Source of the DNA: Schmidtea nova
Lineage: Eukaryota
DNA: 64,000 nt
Assembly (NCBI GenBank): GCA_044892505.1
Contig: CM097883.1
Span: 257,362,001 to 257,426,000 of the forward strand
Reading direction: 5' to 3'
In this document: positions 38,508 to 51,449 of the stretch, one piece after another
Layout of the letters: each line of letters opens with the position of its first letter
Numbering within the stretch: position 1 is the stretch's first letter
The notes under the pieces: generated by a model
Seen by the model: only the letters and a program-made list of their open reading frames with translations
Told to the model about the DNA's origin: nothing
The model's database searches: none
Translations under genes and position numbers: made by a program

Positions 38508-41500
38508 TTATTTTTGATCTGGTCGCATATTCAATAATTCTTCTTTCGACACATTCTTTAACATCCAAGGATGACTTTGAATCTCAGCAAAAGATAACCG
38601 TTCTACTGGTTTCAATTTTAGAATCTGTAATACAAATATTCAATTAAACTGCGACCAAAACTGACATTTAAACCTTTATAATTAAATCTCGGGCTTCTAA
38701 AGCGATATCGGGTCCAAATTTAATATAATTGGCTTTAATAGCTGCGTAAGTATCTTGTTTCTTTTCCCGTTCAAAAGGCGGAAAACCATGCAACATTTCA
38801 AACAGTAAAATTCCAGTCATCCAATGATCAATTTTCTCATCGTACTCTGTGTAACTCACTATTTCAGGTGGTAAATAATCTAAAGTGCCACACATTGTCT
38901 TTCTCCTAATATTAACATTAAAATGATTCCGTTTGTCAAGCAAAAAATGTCGTACGTCTTTGAATTAGTATGAATGGACCAGCCAAAATCTGCTAATTTT
39001 AATTCCATATCAAGACTAATGAGAAGATTTTCTGGTTTAATATCTCGATGGATTACACCTTTCTTGTGACAGTAACTTAAAGCATCACACAATTGATGAA
39101 GATACTAGTGGAAAAGAATTTATAATTATTTCAGTTCTATATAAAAGTTTTATTATTAAAAACTCTTTTTTGAAACAAAAACAAAAAAGAGATATCGGTA
39201 AGTAAAAGTCAAATGGAAAAACATGATAAAAAAATTCCTGAATTGTATACTGGTTAAAAATAGTTTATTTGAAAATAAAAATACTTTGTCAATATATTCA
39301 CATTAGTTATTTTTCAAATAATGATAATAGTGTTCAGATAAGTTTTGATCAAGTTTCGGTTGTGTACATGTTCAATTTTTATTCACTAAAGAGCAAAAAT
39401 TTTGTACTACATGGACAAAAATTGAGATTAGTTGTACACCTATTTTCATAGTTAGAGTAACTAAAAATCGCACAAAAGCATTTTTATCTCATAATGACAT
39501 AAGATTGCCATAGAAGCTTTGATAGATTATCTTTGTTCTATAATATTATTTTTATTTAACTTTTAAATTCTTTCTAGGGAATTATGATTTTTTAGCATGT
39601 TTTGGGAATTATTTACATTAAAAGTTAAAAAATCATTTATTATAAAAATTATTGTTCAATAAAAATTTTCTATTTATTTCTGAAATATTTCTTTAGATAT
39701 TCCAAGAAATCTTCCAAATCGGAACAAGTTTTTGCCATTTTACATAGCTTTGATTATTCTGATTTGGTAGATCATGGTAGTAAATTGTCCTGCATTATTT
39801 GAGATTTCAGAATTATCTCAATTGCTATGTAAATATGTAATAAATTGAAAAAATAGATGTTATTATCTCTGGTTTCTGAAAAGAGAATAGATTCCCCAAA
39901 ATATACGCAATCTTATATAATTTATATAACCAGCCAGGCAACCTAATCAGATAAGATATATATAGGCTATATATAAATAAAACTCTTAACAATAAACATT
40001 ACAATAGGCATAAAAAGTTAACTAATCGTGGAAAAATTACCAATTCCGATTCCTGAAAAATATCCGATTCCCGTTTTCGATTCAGAGTCCCAGATCCTAC
40101 CTTTTCGTAATTTTTTCCGTAAAAGACAACATTGGTAAAAACTAGAGTTATCAGAGTTTATTAATTTAAGACGGAATTATTAACTTTCTTATTAATTACG
40201 AGAGAGCAATGAAATATATAGCTTAAACTTTCTCTTTTTGTTGTTATTATTTTATTTTGTCGTTATATTTTATACTTTAAATTATTAATTATTTCGTTGT
40301 ATTAAAGTTTAACCATCTGTTTCATTTTATAATGAAATAAATTAAACAGATAAATAAAGATTGAATAAATGTTCTCTCTAGACACATTACTTCTTGTCTC
40401 TTTTGGGCTCTTGTATAATACAAATATCCCTCGCTCTGTATCCATGCATTGTTCGTTTTTTAGACCACTAATCTGGGGCCTGGTGTGCATTTTATTTGAT
40501 TAGCATTCATATTTTTTGTAACTTTAACATGCGTGCGTGAAATAGAGAGAAGTTTATTAATTGTTTTCCAATGTGGAAAAGGAGTCGACTCTGACTCTGA
40601 CATCGACTACTAGACTCCCCATTCCTGTATAATACTCGAAAGTTGATGATAAAGTCTGTATTTTTTATTATAGAACCGTTACGAGTTGTGTGTATGTGTG
40701 TTTGTAATAAATTTATTAGAATAAATTAATTGCTATTGAAAATTATTTATATTATAGATCTGTATGTTGAGTACGGATGTTGTGATTAAGGTTATTTTTT
40801 GCTCAACTTTTATATCTATAAATTTCCTTCTTATCTGAATTTTTGAAAAAGACCTAAACATTTAAATCATGCAGTGATAGTGAGTTATACGTGATTCAGA
40901 ATTTTAATATAACTGATCGAACATTCATTAAGTTATTTTCATATGATATTAAAAAAATTGGATCAAAAGTGTATGTTTGTTATATTAAAGGTCGACTTAA
41001 ACGTTTGGGTCCGTTTAGTCGACTTAAGTCATATAAATATAATGTATATTAATATAATTTTTATCGCGTCCAAACGGATAATGTGAATTATAAGAATATA
41101 AAACAAAATTAAATAAATAAAATAATTCTAATAATAAATAAAATTAATAAAACTTAATATTTATTTATGAATATGAGAATATAAAACAAAATAATAATAA
41201 AGTTAATAAATGAAAAATTTATATTTTATAAATTATTATAGTTGAAATTTTTAATTAATTTTGGAAATAAGGAAGTGAGTAATTTACACAAAATTAAATT
41301 TTTGACAGTAAATCATTAATTAAATTCCCATTAAAAAATTAATTTAAAATTTCCATGAAAAGAAATAAATAGAAATTTATATAATAAATAAAAATATTAT
41401 TTACTTTCGGAGGATTTGTAGATATTTTGATAGTTGTCCCCGGGAAAATAAACTTTAGGGGAAACCCGAAAGAACAATTGAAGACAAAGTAATCAATTTT

Positions 41501-42646
41501 ATAATTTGTCAAAATTGAGAGGCACTCGAGAGAAAAGAGAAATTTATTACGACGAAAAGTATAAAAAGGAGATGCAAATTCCAAAGTTTGCCATAAGTGG
41601 TCAAAAGTTAGTTCAATTGAAATATTTGCAATACCAGAGTGTCTAGTGTCCGCGTTGGTCGTTGTTAAATTTATTCTTTATTATCATACAAGAAACGGAG
41701 ATCTTCTTTTGGGAGAATTATAACTACGCTTATTCAGAAAAGCAGTGCAGAGAAAGAGTTGTTGAAATGGTGTACAGAGACGTATTATTATCAAAAATTG
41801 AGTCAAATAGTAGTTGTGAAGAGNNNNNNNNNNNNNNNNNNNNNNNNNNNNNNNNNNNNNNNNNNNNNNNNNNNNNNNNNNNNNNNNNNNNNNNNNNNNN
41901 NNNNNNNNNNNNNNNNNNNNNNNNNNNNNNNNNNNNNNNNNNNNNNNNNNNNNNNNNNNNNNNNNNNNNNNNNNNNNNNNNNNNNNNNNNNNNNNNNNNN
42001 NNNNNNNNNNNNNNNNNNNNNNNNNNNNNNNNNNNNNNNNNNNNNNNNNNNNNNNNNNNNNNNNNNNNNNNNNNNNNNNNNNNNNNNNNNNNNNNNNNNN
42101 NNNNNNNNNNNNNNNNNNNNNNNNNNNNNNNNNNNNNNNNNNNNNNNNNNNNNNNNNNNNNNNNNNNNNNNNNNNNNNNNNNNNNNNNNNNNNNNNNNNN
42201 NNNNNNNNNNNNNNNNNNNNNNNNNNNNNNNNNNNNNNNNNNNNNNNNNNNNNNNNNNNNNNNNNNNNNNNNNNNNNNNNNNNNNNNNNNNNNNNNNNNN
42301 NNNNNNNNNNNNNNNNNNNNNNNNTTGCTATTACTNNNNNNNNNNNNNNNNNNNNNNNNNNNNNNNNNNNNNNNNNNNNNNNNNNNNNNNNNNNNNNNNN
42401 NNNNNNNNNNNNNNNNNNNNNNNNNNNNNNNNNNNNNNNNNNNNNNNNNNNNNNNNNNNNNNNNNNNNNNNNNNNNNNNNNNNNNNNNNNNNNNNNNNNN
42501 NNNNNNNNNNNNNNNNNNNNNNNNNNNNNNNNNNNNNNNNNNNNNNNNNNNNNNNNNNNNNNNNNNNNNNNNNNNNNNNNNNNNNNNNTTATTATTGCTA
42601 TTACTATTATTATTGCTATTACTATTATTATTGCTATTACTATTAC

Positions 42647-42691
<45 letters not shown>

Positions 42692-44737
42692 ACACAAACG
42701 CCAATCCAAATATATATTTTGCACAATATATTTCGAGAACTTAATTCTCTTCATCAGGTGCATTACTTTACTTACATTATTTAATGTAAGACTGGGTAGC
42801 ACCTGATGAAGAGAATTAAGTTCTCGAAATATATTGTGCAAAATATATATTTGGATTGGTGTTTGTGTTTAATTATTTTAGTGCCNNNNNNNNNNNNNNN
42901 NNNNNNNNNNNNNNNNNNNNNNNNNNNNNNNNNNNNNNNNNNNNNNNNNNNNNNNNNNNNNNNNNNNNNNNNNNNNNNNNNNNNNNNNNNNNNNNNNNNN
43001 NNNNNNNNNNNNNNNNNNNNNNNNNNNNNNNNNNNNNNNNNNNNNNNNNNNNNNNNNNNNNNNNNNNNNNNNNNNNNNNNNNNNNNNNNNNNNNNNNNNN
43101 NNNNNNNNNNNNNNNNNNNNNNNNNNNNNNNNNNNNNNNNNNNNNNNNNNNNNNNNNNNNNNNNNNNNNNNNNNNNNNNNNNNNNNNNNNNNNTAGATCA
43201 AATTTTTTTTATAAACAATAACACAATACAGCCTTTATCAAGTGTGTATTTGATAAAGGCTGTATTTGATAAAGGCTGTATTTGATAAAGGCTGTGCCGA
43301 AATATTGTGTTATTGTTTATAAAAAAAATTTGATCTATAGTCATTATGAGAATTATTGATAATAATAATAAAAAAAGATCAAAGGTGAAAAAAGATAATT
43401 ATGATTATTATTATTCATTCTTCAGCGAGAGTCGTTTATTTTAGCGCTCATACTACGTTTTATATTTATGTAGAGTCGCTGCTTTCAAGTATACAGGCAT
43501 ACCCCTATTAGTGTCGTTTATATTATGTATTTAATGATAATTTTAATGATATTTTGTATGTATTTCTTATGTTTTTGCACTATAATAACTACCCCACAAC
43601 GTTGTTTCACCTAACGTCGTGTTTCCTTGGAACCAATTAACGACGTGAAGAATAGTTATTTAGCAGAATTTTAGGTGAAACAAAAGAATGTTTTGTTTCA
43701 TTTTGTATCAAATAATGAAGTGCTGACTTTTGTCAATGATACAAAAGTTTACTACCCTGGAACTCACATTATGCTTTACGTTTTTGTATCATATCACGGA
43801 CTGGACTATATAAATGGAGGCATTTATTAACATTCAACAGTAATTCATGAAAGAAATTTTATAAATCTCAGTGATGATATTATTGCACGCAAACAATTGA
43901 ATGTGTGGTCATCATTAAAAAGAATACGAGGAAACAATGAATGTCAATTATCTACACATCTCGATATTTGGAGTTTGTTTGATGATCAAATTATCTAGGA
44001 GTCGCATTTCCATAATTTTACTGTGTATTTCATAATGCTATCCTCCTTAATATAATAATAATAACAATGAATTTGACATTATATCAGAGGTATGTTATAT
44101 TAGATATGTAAATATTTTGTGGGGGAAAATATTATAGAAGATTTTTTTAATAAATTATTGAAGTTCTTATTTATTGTCATTAAGGTGTATAATTTAAAAT
44201 GCATTACAATAAAACAATAATATATCTAACAGTAGCTGCTTCTATGTCTGTAAATCGTTGTTTTTTCTGTAGAATTGTAAACATCTGCCCAAACCAGGCG
44301 TATTCCAAAACCAAATAAACGTGTTTCTCATCATGAAACCAGGTGTAAAGTTTCAAAATATTCGGATGATCTAAATGCACCATGATATCAATTTCCCGTA
44401 GGAATTGATGCTCCAAATTATGCCGAGTCAATTGTGATTTAAACATTATCTAAATGGGTATTGTAATTGTGTCAATTAAATTGTGACAATAACCTTGAGT
44501 GCGCATACAAATCCCTCCTTAGCGGTTTTTGCCAAATAAACATGTCCAAATTTGCCAGTTCCTAAAGGCATACCAATATCAAAATCTTGTAATTTAGATA
44601 TTGGAATGTCACTGAAATTAGAGGATTTAAATTTTATCATTATTAAAAAAAGAAATAAACCGATGGGATTTTTTGTCAATGGTAACTTTTTTCGCTTCAG
44701 TTTGATGATTTTTAGCGACAATATTTGATAGAGACAT
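38508..44737 (-). CDS. AURKB: Aurora kinase, Aurora-B-like, 303 aa, 6 exons: 44661-44737, 44494-44611, 44231-44449, 38956-39104, 38674-38905, 38508-38624
   Basis: All introns are GT-AG and phase-consistent (49, 44, about 5.1 kb, 50, 49 nt). Motifs [63 protein letters not shown] and SHPW. A-versus-B assignment is inferred from the activation loop and the LYTW position. Confidence 0.93.
42590..42690. repeat. (ATT)n / (ATTGCTATTACTATT)n microsatellite next to N gaps
   Basis: Directly visible. Confidence 0.9.
42721..42761 (-). ncRNA. Penelope-type minimal hammerhead ribozyme, minus-strand copy (sense to the Aurora pre-mRNA)
   Basis: Exact reverse complement of 42799-42839. Confidence 0.8.
42799..42839 (+). 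ncRNA. Penelope-type minimal hammerhead ribozyme, plus-strand copy
   Basis: GCAC-CTGATGA-A-GAGAA-TTAAG-TTCTC-GAA-ATATAT-T-GTGC: stem I GCAC/GTGC, stem II GAGAA/TTCTC, palindromic stem III ATATAT, predicted cleavage after 42835 (AUU). Confidence 0.8.
43195..43405. repeat. Family C palindromic repeat with a 16-bp internal triplication
   Basis: Matches 30251-30454; TGTATTTGATAAAGGC occurs three times at about 43245-43293. Confidence 0.75.
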
Positions 44738-46039
44738 TGTAAAAAATTTAAAAACAAATATTATATATTTAACATTATTTAAACAAATTAGAAGATGAAA
44801 ATGGCAAAAAATAAATTGTTTTTTCATTGGCATTTGATAGATTTACTGACAAATAATTGAAATAAATTTTGGATTTGAAATAAATTACTTAACTCATTAT
44901 ATTATATGATATCTTATTTAAATTAATTTTGGTTCAGTTCAAAAATTATTTTAAAGCTGAATTTATTTATTATTCCATTTTATAAGTTAGACTATATTAT
45001 TATACTAATTGAAATGAAATCTTTTAGAAGGAAAAGAATTTTATTGAATAGTAGTGTAATAAACAAAAATTTGTCTAAATTAGTAAATCTTGCTAGGATT
45101 TTGAAATAATTTTGTTGATATCTCAGATGTTTACTGTGGTGTTGGTGTTCGGGTTATTAAATTATCATTTATGATTCTGACTCTGAATTGGAACGATAGT
45201 ATAGATGACTTAGTGAAGCTGAGAGAATTGCTAGATAGTGCAACTTTATCTTGTAGTCAGTTTTATTTATTACAACATCGAACTTGGATGTTGCATTAGT
45301 CGTTGCTTGTGATTTTCGATAATTCGAAAGGCAAAGATAATCTAATTGATTGGTTTCTTTTGGGTCATCTCTACGTGAATGCCATTCAAACACTGATACC
45401 GCATTTAGTTGTGTATCTCATAGTTTTTGTCATTATCAGCTGTGAAAGGCATAAAGACATTCTCAAGGATTGGGCGAAAGTCATCCAACAGGAAACATAC
45501 AATTGGTTGGTTGTTGATCGTCAATATGACCTTGACGTTGCTATGGCTCACATCAACATCTCAACACAAAATATCTTACCATTCATACTTATCAATCTCT
45601 AAATAATCAACCTATATCACCAATCAATTCAGGAGCTAAAGTTTTCTCTGTAAAACGTATAATTTTTCGGTGCTTTTTAATTGCTGGTACATTTGAGTCA
45701 CATCAGCTATTTCTTTCTTAATTTTTGACATTTTAATTTTAAAATTTAATTCTATTTACTCTAAATACTAGTTTTATTGTGCCCCATATCCTATGTAATT
45801 GTATTCAAATTTTGATTCAAATTTGATTCAAATTTTTATTCAAATTTTTATTCAAATTTTTATTCAAATTTATACCTAAAATAAATCGCCACTGAGGTAT
45901 TAGCAACCGACAACGGCTATAGTTTATCGAATTTTTCCATTAGTTTCCTTTTTAAAGAAAAATATTTATGAAAATTGCCTTTAAACTTTTTAGTTAAATT
46001 ACAAAAATATAAACCCTCGTTGAACCCCTAAAAAAGGAA

Positions 46040-49000
46040 ATAGCATATTGGTGGGTTGTTGATCGTCAATATGACCTTGACGTTACTATGGCTCTCATCA
46101 ACAACTCAACACATAAAACATTTAAACTACCATCTTGTTACCCGTCACTATGTAACGTTGGTACTGTAACAAGTGGGTGGGTATTCGCAATCAGTGAGCG
46201 TCGTCAATACGAAACTATGATTGACCGAATATCTCCTGGGTCCAAGGGCTACCGATAGAAGGTTTAATGCCCATTTTGTCCCTCCTTTAATGATTGATCT
46301 ATAAGCATTCAACAAAATTTTATCGGAAATTCGACACAAATATTTTACATAACTATAAATTTATTATTGTATCCAAATAAATTATTCCGAGCATCAAAAA
46401 CACTAATATAACCCTATATTTTACCAATATTGCATTTTATGATAATTACTACATAAAATATTAAATTTTTATGGAAAAAATTTAAGAAAAATTTTAATTA
46501 TTACCGTAATTTTATCGAGTTTAGAAATAATAAAAATAAAATTTCCGTTTGTTTAAAATTGCTAATTTAATCAAAAGGACAAATTTACTCAATTTAAAAA
46601 TCATATTAATTTTAAATGTAATTTTTTGAATTTTTCACTAAATTGATTAATTAACTATTTCTATATTTCAGATCAACAAGAAATGGACTTCCCCGGAAAC
46701 TACGAAGTCAGAGGAAAATTCTCCCACCAAAAATGGGTCAAAAAACCAGAATTCTAGCTCCTACGAAGCAAAATTGCCCGCTCTATCGACCAAGTAAAAT
46801 TTTGATTATTTTAGAATTATAATTTATTTTGAACAATTTTAGAAAATTTCTTGAAGAGAATATGTTGGAACTGGCCCTTCAAGCACTGTAAACCGGAAAA
46901 TTCCTCGTCGGAGACTCTTATCCCTCAAACGGAATGACCGTCAATTTTTATCAATAAATTTTTAGATAATTTTTTCCGTCTTTACTCTTTTTCGTTTGAG
47001 TTTTTATTATTTTTATGAAATTTTTGTAAATGGGAAATTAAAATAAACTGTAATGTAAATGGCCTATTTGATGGTACTAAGTTTGGCTGGGTATATTCAA
47101 TTTAATGTGGTATGGTTGAATGATAGCAAATTTTGTATGGTTTTTCTGGATGTATGATGCCGACTAACATAACTGTGTAGAATTTTCAGTATGGTTTGCC
47201 TGTGTGTATATAATTGTTGAATGGTAATAAATGATACTGTGTATGTGTGTATATTGTATTTTAAATAGATGTTGCTTGTGTATTAGTATGGGAAATGTTA
47301 TTGAATGAAATGGATGTAATTTTTTGCAAATAGGGATGCGTTATGATTTTGAGATATCGCGGGGGTATTTATAATATACTATATATAAATTATATAAAAT
47401 ATTTTTAAAATTATAATAATAATAATAATTTTTATATTAAAATAATAATAATAATTTTTATAATACTTTTTATAAATTTTAAATTTATAATTTTATGAAA
47501 ATAATATAATAATAAAATTTCTAATTTTTCTAATATACATTTTTCTAATACTTTTTATAAATTTTAGATTTATAATTTTATGAAAATAATATAATAATAA
47601 AATTTCTAATTTTTATAATATACATTTTTATAATACTTTTTATAAATTTTAAATTTATAATTTTATGAAAATAATATAATAATAAGATTTCTAATTTTTA
47701 TAATATACATTTTTATATTCNNNNNNNNNNNNNNNNNNNNNNNNNNNNNNNNNNNNNNNNNNNNNNNNNNNNNNNNNNNNNNNNNNNNNNNNNNNNNNNN
47801 NNNNNNNNNNNNNNNNNNNNNNNNNNNNNNNNNNNNNNNNNNNNNNNNNNNNNNNNNNNNTATGAAATTTCGAAATTTTGGATTTGATAAAATAAAATTT
47901 TCAATATAATAATAATATTCTCGATTTAAAATTTTTATGGGTTTCAATATAAGTTTTGATTTATAAATTCTTAGGAATTTTATAAAATGACAAAATCTTT
48001 TATATCATAACAATATTAGGAATATTTTTGGTTTACAAATTTTCATTATAAAAATTTTTTAATATAATAAAAAGTAAATTTTTATTTTTTGATCGAAACG
48101 AAATCCACATAATAATAAATTTTTCATCCATATATTTCGAAATCTAAATAAGCATTTAATATAAAAGGTTTTTATATGCTAAATAAAAATAAAATAAAAA
48201 TAAGTTATAAATTTTTCAACGAATATTTTTCGACATCGAATAAAGTTAATTTCGGTTTCATTATTATTTAAACTGATTTGAGCATTAATTCGAACGATTT
48301 ACTTTTTAATATCGGTTTTTAATATTCTGGATCTTGGATGAGGAAAATATTATGGTGAAGGTGAAGGCGAAGGACGAGTAAAATGTTCTTGCATAAATTA
48401 TTTTTCATAATGGAAAAGACATTGTTGGAGAGATTCGTCTTTACGTTTTCATGTGGTATTAATTTTTAATATATCAAAAATTATAAATTCGGATAAACTA
48501 CATTTATTATAAATTAAATATCATAATATAACACCTTGCCTTTGGCCAAGCCACTGTTCCCCAGTTGGGATGAAGTGATCATGGATGGTTAGGCTATTCA
48601 CCTGGACTCGGAAATATGGACTGATCGATTTACGTATCGAACCAGCGATCCGCTCAGGCTACTTCCACCCGATCGGCACAAGGCCAGACACAGACTTCAG
48701 GGGGTACGGAAGTAAAAAAAAATTATTTATTTAATAGTTTATACTTAAGTTGCTAAAATTATTCTTTTTAATTATGAGAATTTGTGATATATAAAATAAT
48801 AATAATAAAAAAAAATATTTGTTAGATACAATCCTATATTATTAGTAATAAAAATATAAGAATACAACTAGATGAATTAAATAAAATAAAAATAAATAAG
48901 AACTGTGTCGACATGGGATGTCCAAAGGGCATGACTTTTTGGGCCTCCCATGCCGATAACACTTATATAATGGAATAAACATTAAAATAATAAAAAATAA

Positions 49001-49720
49001 ACCTTACGCTTAGTGTGGCTCCTAGTCTTCTCAAAAATGTTAACAAAATTTGACAAAATTTTATCGCAAAATTCTTAAACAGAAAATTATTCACAAATTC
49101 TGATTTCTGCCATTTTGATGGCGGTATATATACCATCGATTTTTGTCACCTTCACCAGTGTAATAAAACAAATTATTCTAGAATTTTCCTTTTAATCTTT
49201 CTAATTTAATTCTAATGATTTTCCGAAAATTAAATTCATATTTTTGTGTAATAATTTTTTACAAAACACAAATAATTTATTTTAATTCCAAATTTTTGTT
49301 TTTGAATCGAAATTTGTTCGATTTGATTTAATTTACGATATTTCGATTAATATTGGTTCTTTTTATTGTTAATGTGAAATATTTTGATAAAATCACAATT
49401 TTCGGCTAAAATTTTGTTAATTTTTTCTGCATGAAGGTTTTATAACACAATTCCGTTTTTATGGGTATTTTCAATGGGTTTTCCGCCTATTCTAACTTTT
49501 AAACGTTCTTCTTTTGATGGCATTTGATTTTTCTCGAGGTTTCAATGTAAGGGCTTTCAGGCTCACAGCTAGCGCGTTCTCTACTGGTTGATGTGTTGTG
49601 AGTTCACTTCACCTTTTGTTGTTTTTCACTTAATCGTTTCGATTTTTAAGGGATATTTGGGTTAAAACTGAATCTTGCGCGCTCTCTACCTATGGGGTTA
49701 TCGCTTTATTAAAACAGTTT
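46040..49720 (-). pseudogene. Copy 3 (inverted) of the triplicated unknown unit
   Basis: GTAGAGAGCGCGCAAG at about 49680, CGCCATCAAAATGG (ATG at 49113), exon A at 48534-48700, CA-rich tract at about 47050-47400 and block B at 46045-46292. A partial extra B copy lies at 45500-45580. Confidence 0.55.
47400..47720. repeat. AT-rich tandem repeat, unit of roughly 60-70 bp
   Basis: Recurring TTTATAATTTTATGAAAATAATATAATAATAA..TTCTAATTTT blocks. Confidence 0.7.
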
Positions 49721-51449
49721 GTGGTTTTTGTCCAACAATATACACACTTGATAAAGGCTGTTCCGAAATATTGTGTTATTGTTTATAAAAAAATTTTGAT
49801 CTATAGTCATCATTATGGGAATTATTGATAATAATAATAAAAAAAGATCAAAGGTGAAAAAAGATAATTAAAATAGGATATTGTTAAAATACTATATAGT
49901 ATTACAAAAACTAATAAATTTTTAGGTTTTTCATTTACTATAAATAAATCCTAACCTAATTGGTTGATTAACACTATGGGAATCCATTACATCATAGTTT
50001 ATTCTATCAATCTTTTATTTAATTCTTGTTTTGGATTCCCGCTTAACAGTTGGTAAGTTATTTTGTGTTGTCCATTTACCTTATAATTTTTCATGATTTA
50101 GATTAGGTTGAAGAACTGCAAGATTTGGACTTCAAATATCGTGTCACCTTTTCTATTCCATCGTTAGTAGGTTATTTAATGATTTTAATTATCTGAATTT
50201 CCGGATTGTGTGATAAATGCTTTACGAATTCAAAGTAATAATTTTTAACCAAAAATGAATTTCAATTAGCCATACGACCATTTTGAAATGATTTTGTCAA
50301 GGGAACAATTATGTTGATGTTCCCAGAATCTTAACTTGATGATCCTAATATAAATAAGTCAGCACTGGTTGAAAATAAATTTTATTTAATTAAAACAAAA
50401 ATAACAAGAACCTAAATAAAATAATATTACATCCACCAGTTTAATTGTTATTTGTATTTGTGTGTATGTTATATATGATATGTTGGGCCCGGCGAATCGC
50501 AAGTAATCTAAAATAAAAATAAAATAAATACCGAAAATTAACAAACAAAATAATAAAATAACTAACAAAATACCAGCAATTCGCCAAGAATCAATAGTAA
50601 ACAATGGCTTGTATTTATTGGGTCAGTATTTTTTTACATTTTTGGTCAGTATTTTAAATAAATGGTTAGTATTTATATTAAAATGTCAGTACGTAATACA
50701 AATGGTCAGTATTACAGCGATCAGTATAAAAACGATCAGTATTTTAATTAAAATGCAGATAGATATATTAATTGGTCAGTATTATAAATAAATGGTCAGA
50801 AATTAAAATTATGTATCAGTATCTGCAAATATAAATGTCAGTAACAATAATTTTAAATAAAATTTAAAAAAACCTCATTTGGAATTTTATACTTATGTCT
50901 TATTTTTATTATTATAATTAATTTTTATAAAAAGCTATATTGTCTCATTGATAGTTTAAATTAAAATATATTTTATAAGAAATTTATTGAAAATTCTAGT
51001 AATGTGGTTTAATGTATAGGAGTCATTATTTTTCTTGTTGCAAATTTCAGAATTTTGTAAATTTAAATAATTTCTTTTTTATATGCACTAAGAATATTAT
51101 TTTAATGAAGTAGCCAGTTTTGATTGCTATATTCTGAAAATAATCGCAGACTTTTGTCAAAATTACGCATTTTATAACAAAATCAGTGAATTGACATTAG
51201 TCAATTTGTCCGCTGTGTTACTCGAATGTGTAATGTTATTTAAATATTAAATCATCTCCGTTTAAGATAAAATTAAAAAAAATAACATAATTAAAATATA
51301 TATTATAAATTCAAGTCTCCAACTTATTTTATACTAATATATTTGTTGTTCTTGATTATTAATGATGATTGTTTTATTTGTTTATTTCTGAAAAACCATT
51401 TTTGTTTATTATTTGTTTGTTTGAAATTTAAAATAATTGAAGGTTCAAA

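Noticed and set aside
41662-43285. Long ORFs spanning N runs, also at 28.9-29.6, 47.7, 55.9, 56.7, 59.8 and 63.1 kb
   Set aside because: Open only because N codons contain no stops.
48534-48700. Block A as a Pol III or structured ncRNA (TAGCCTGAGCGG and GGTTCGAT on the minus strand)
   Set aside because: The boxes are only about 6 nt apart, the B-box is not kept in copy 1, and the variation fits a coding exon ending at a splice donor.
15395-48700. Roughly 16.5-kb spacing of the three block A copies
   Set aside because: One copy is inverted, and the intervals contain unrelated insertions and gaps of uncertain size; likely coincidence.
50386-50604. Hydrophobic ORF abutting the MULE, suggesting insertion into a host exon
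   Set aside because: Hydrophobicity comes from T-rich intron-like sequence, and rejoining the flanks gave no consistent spliced frame.
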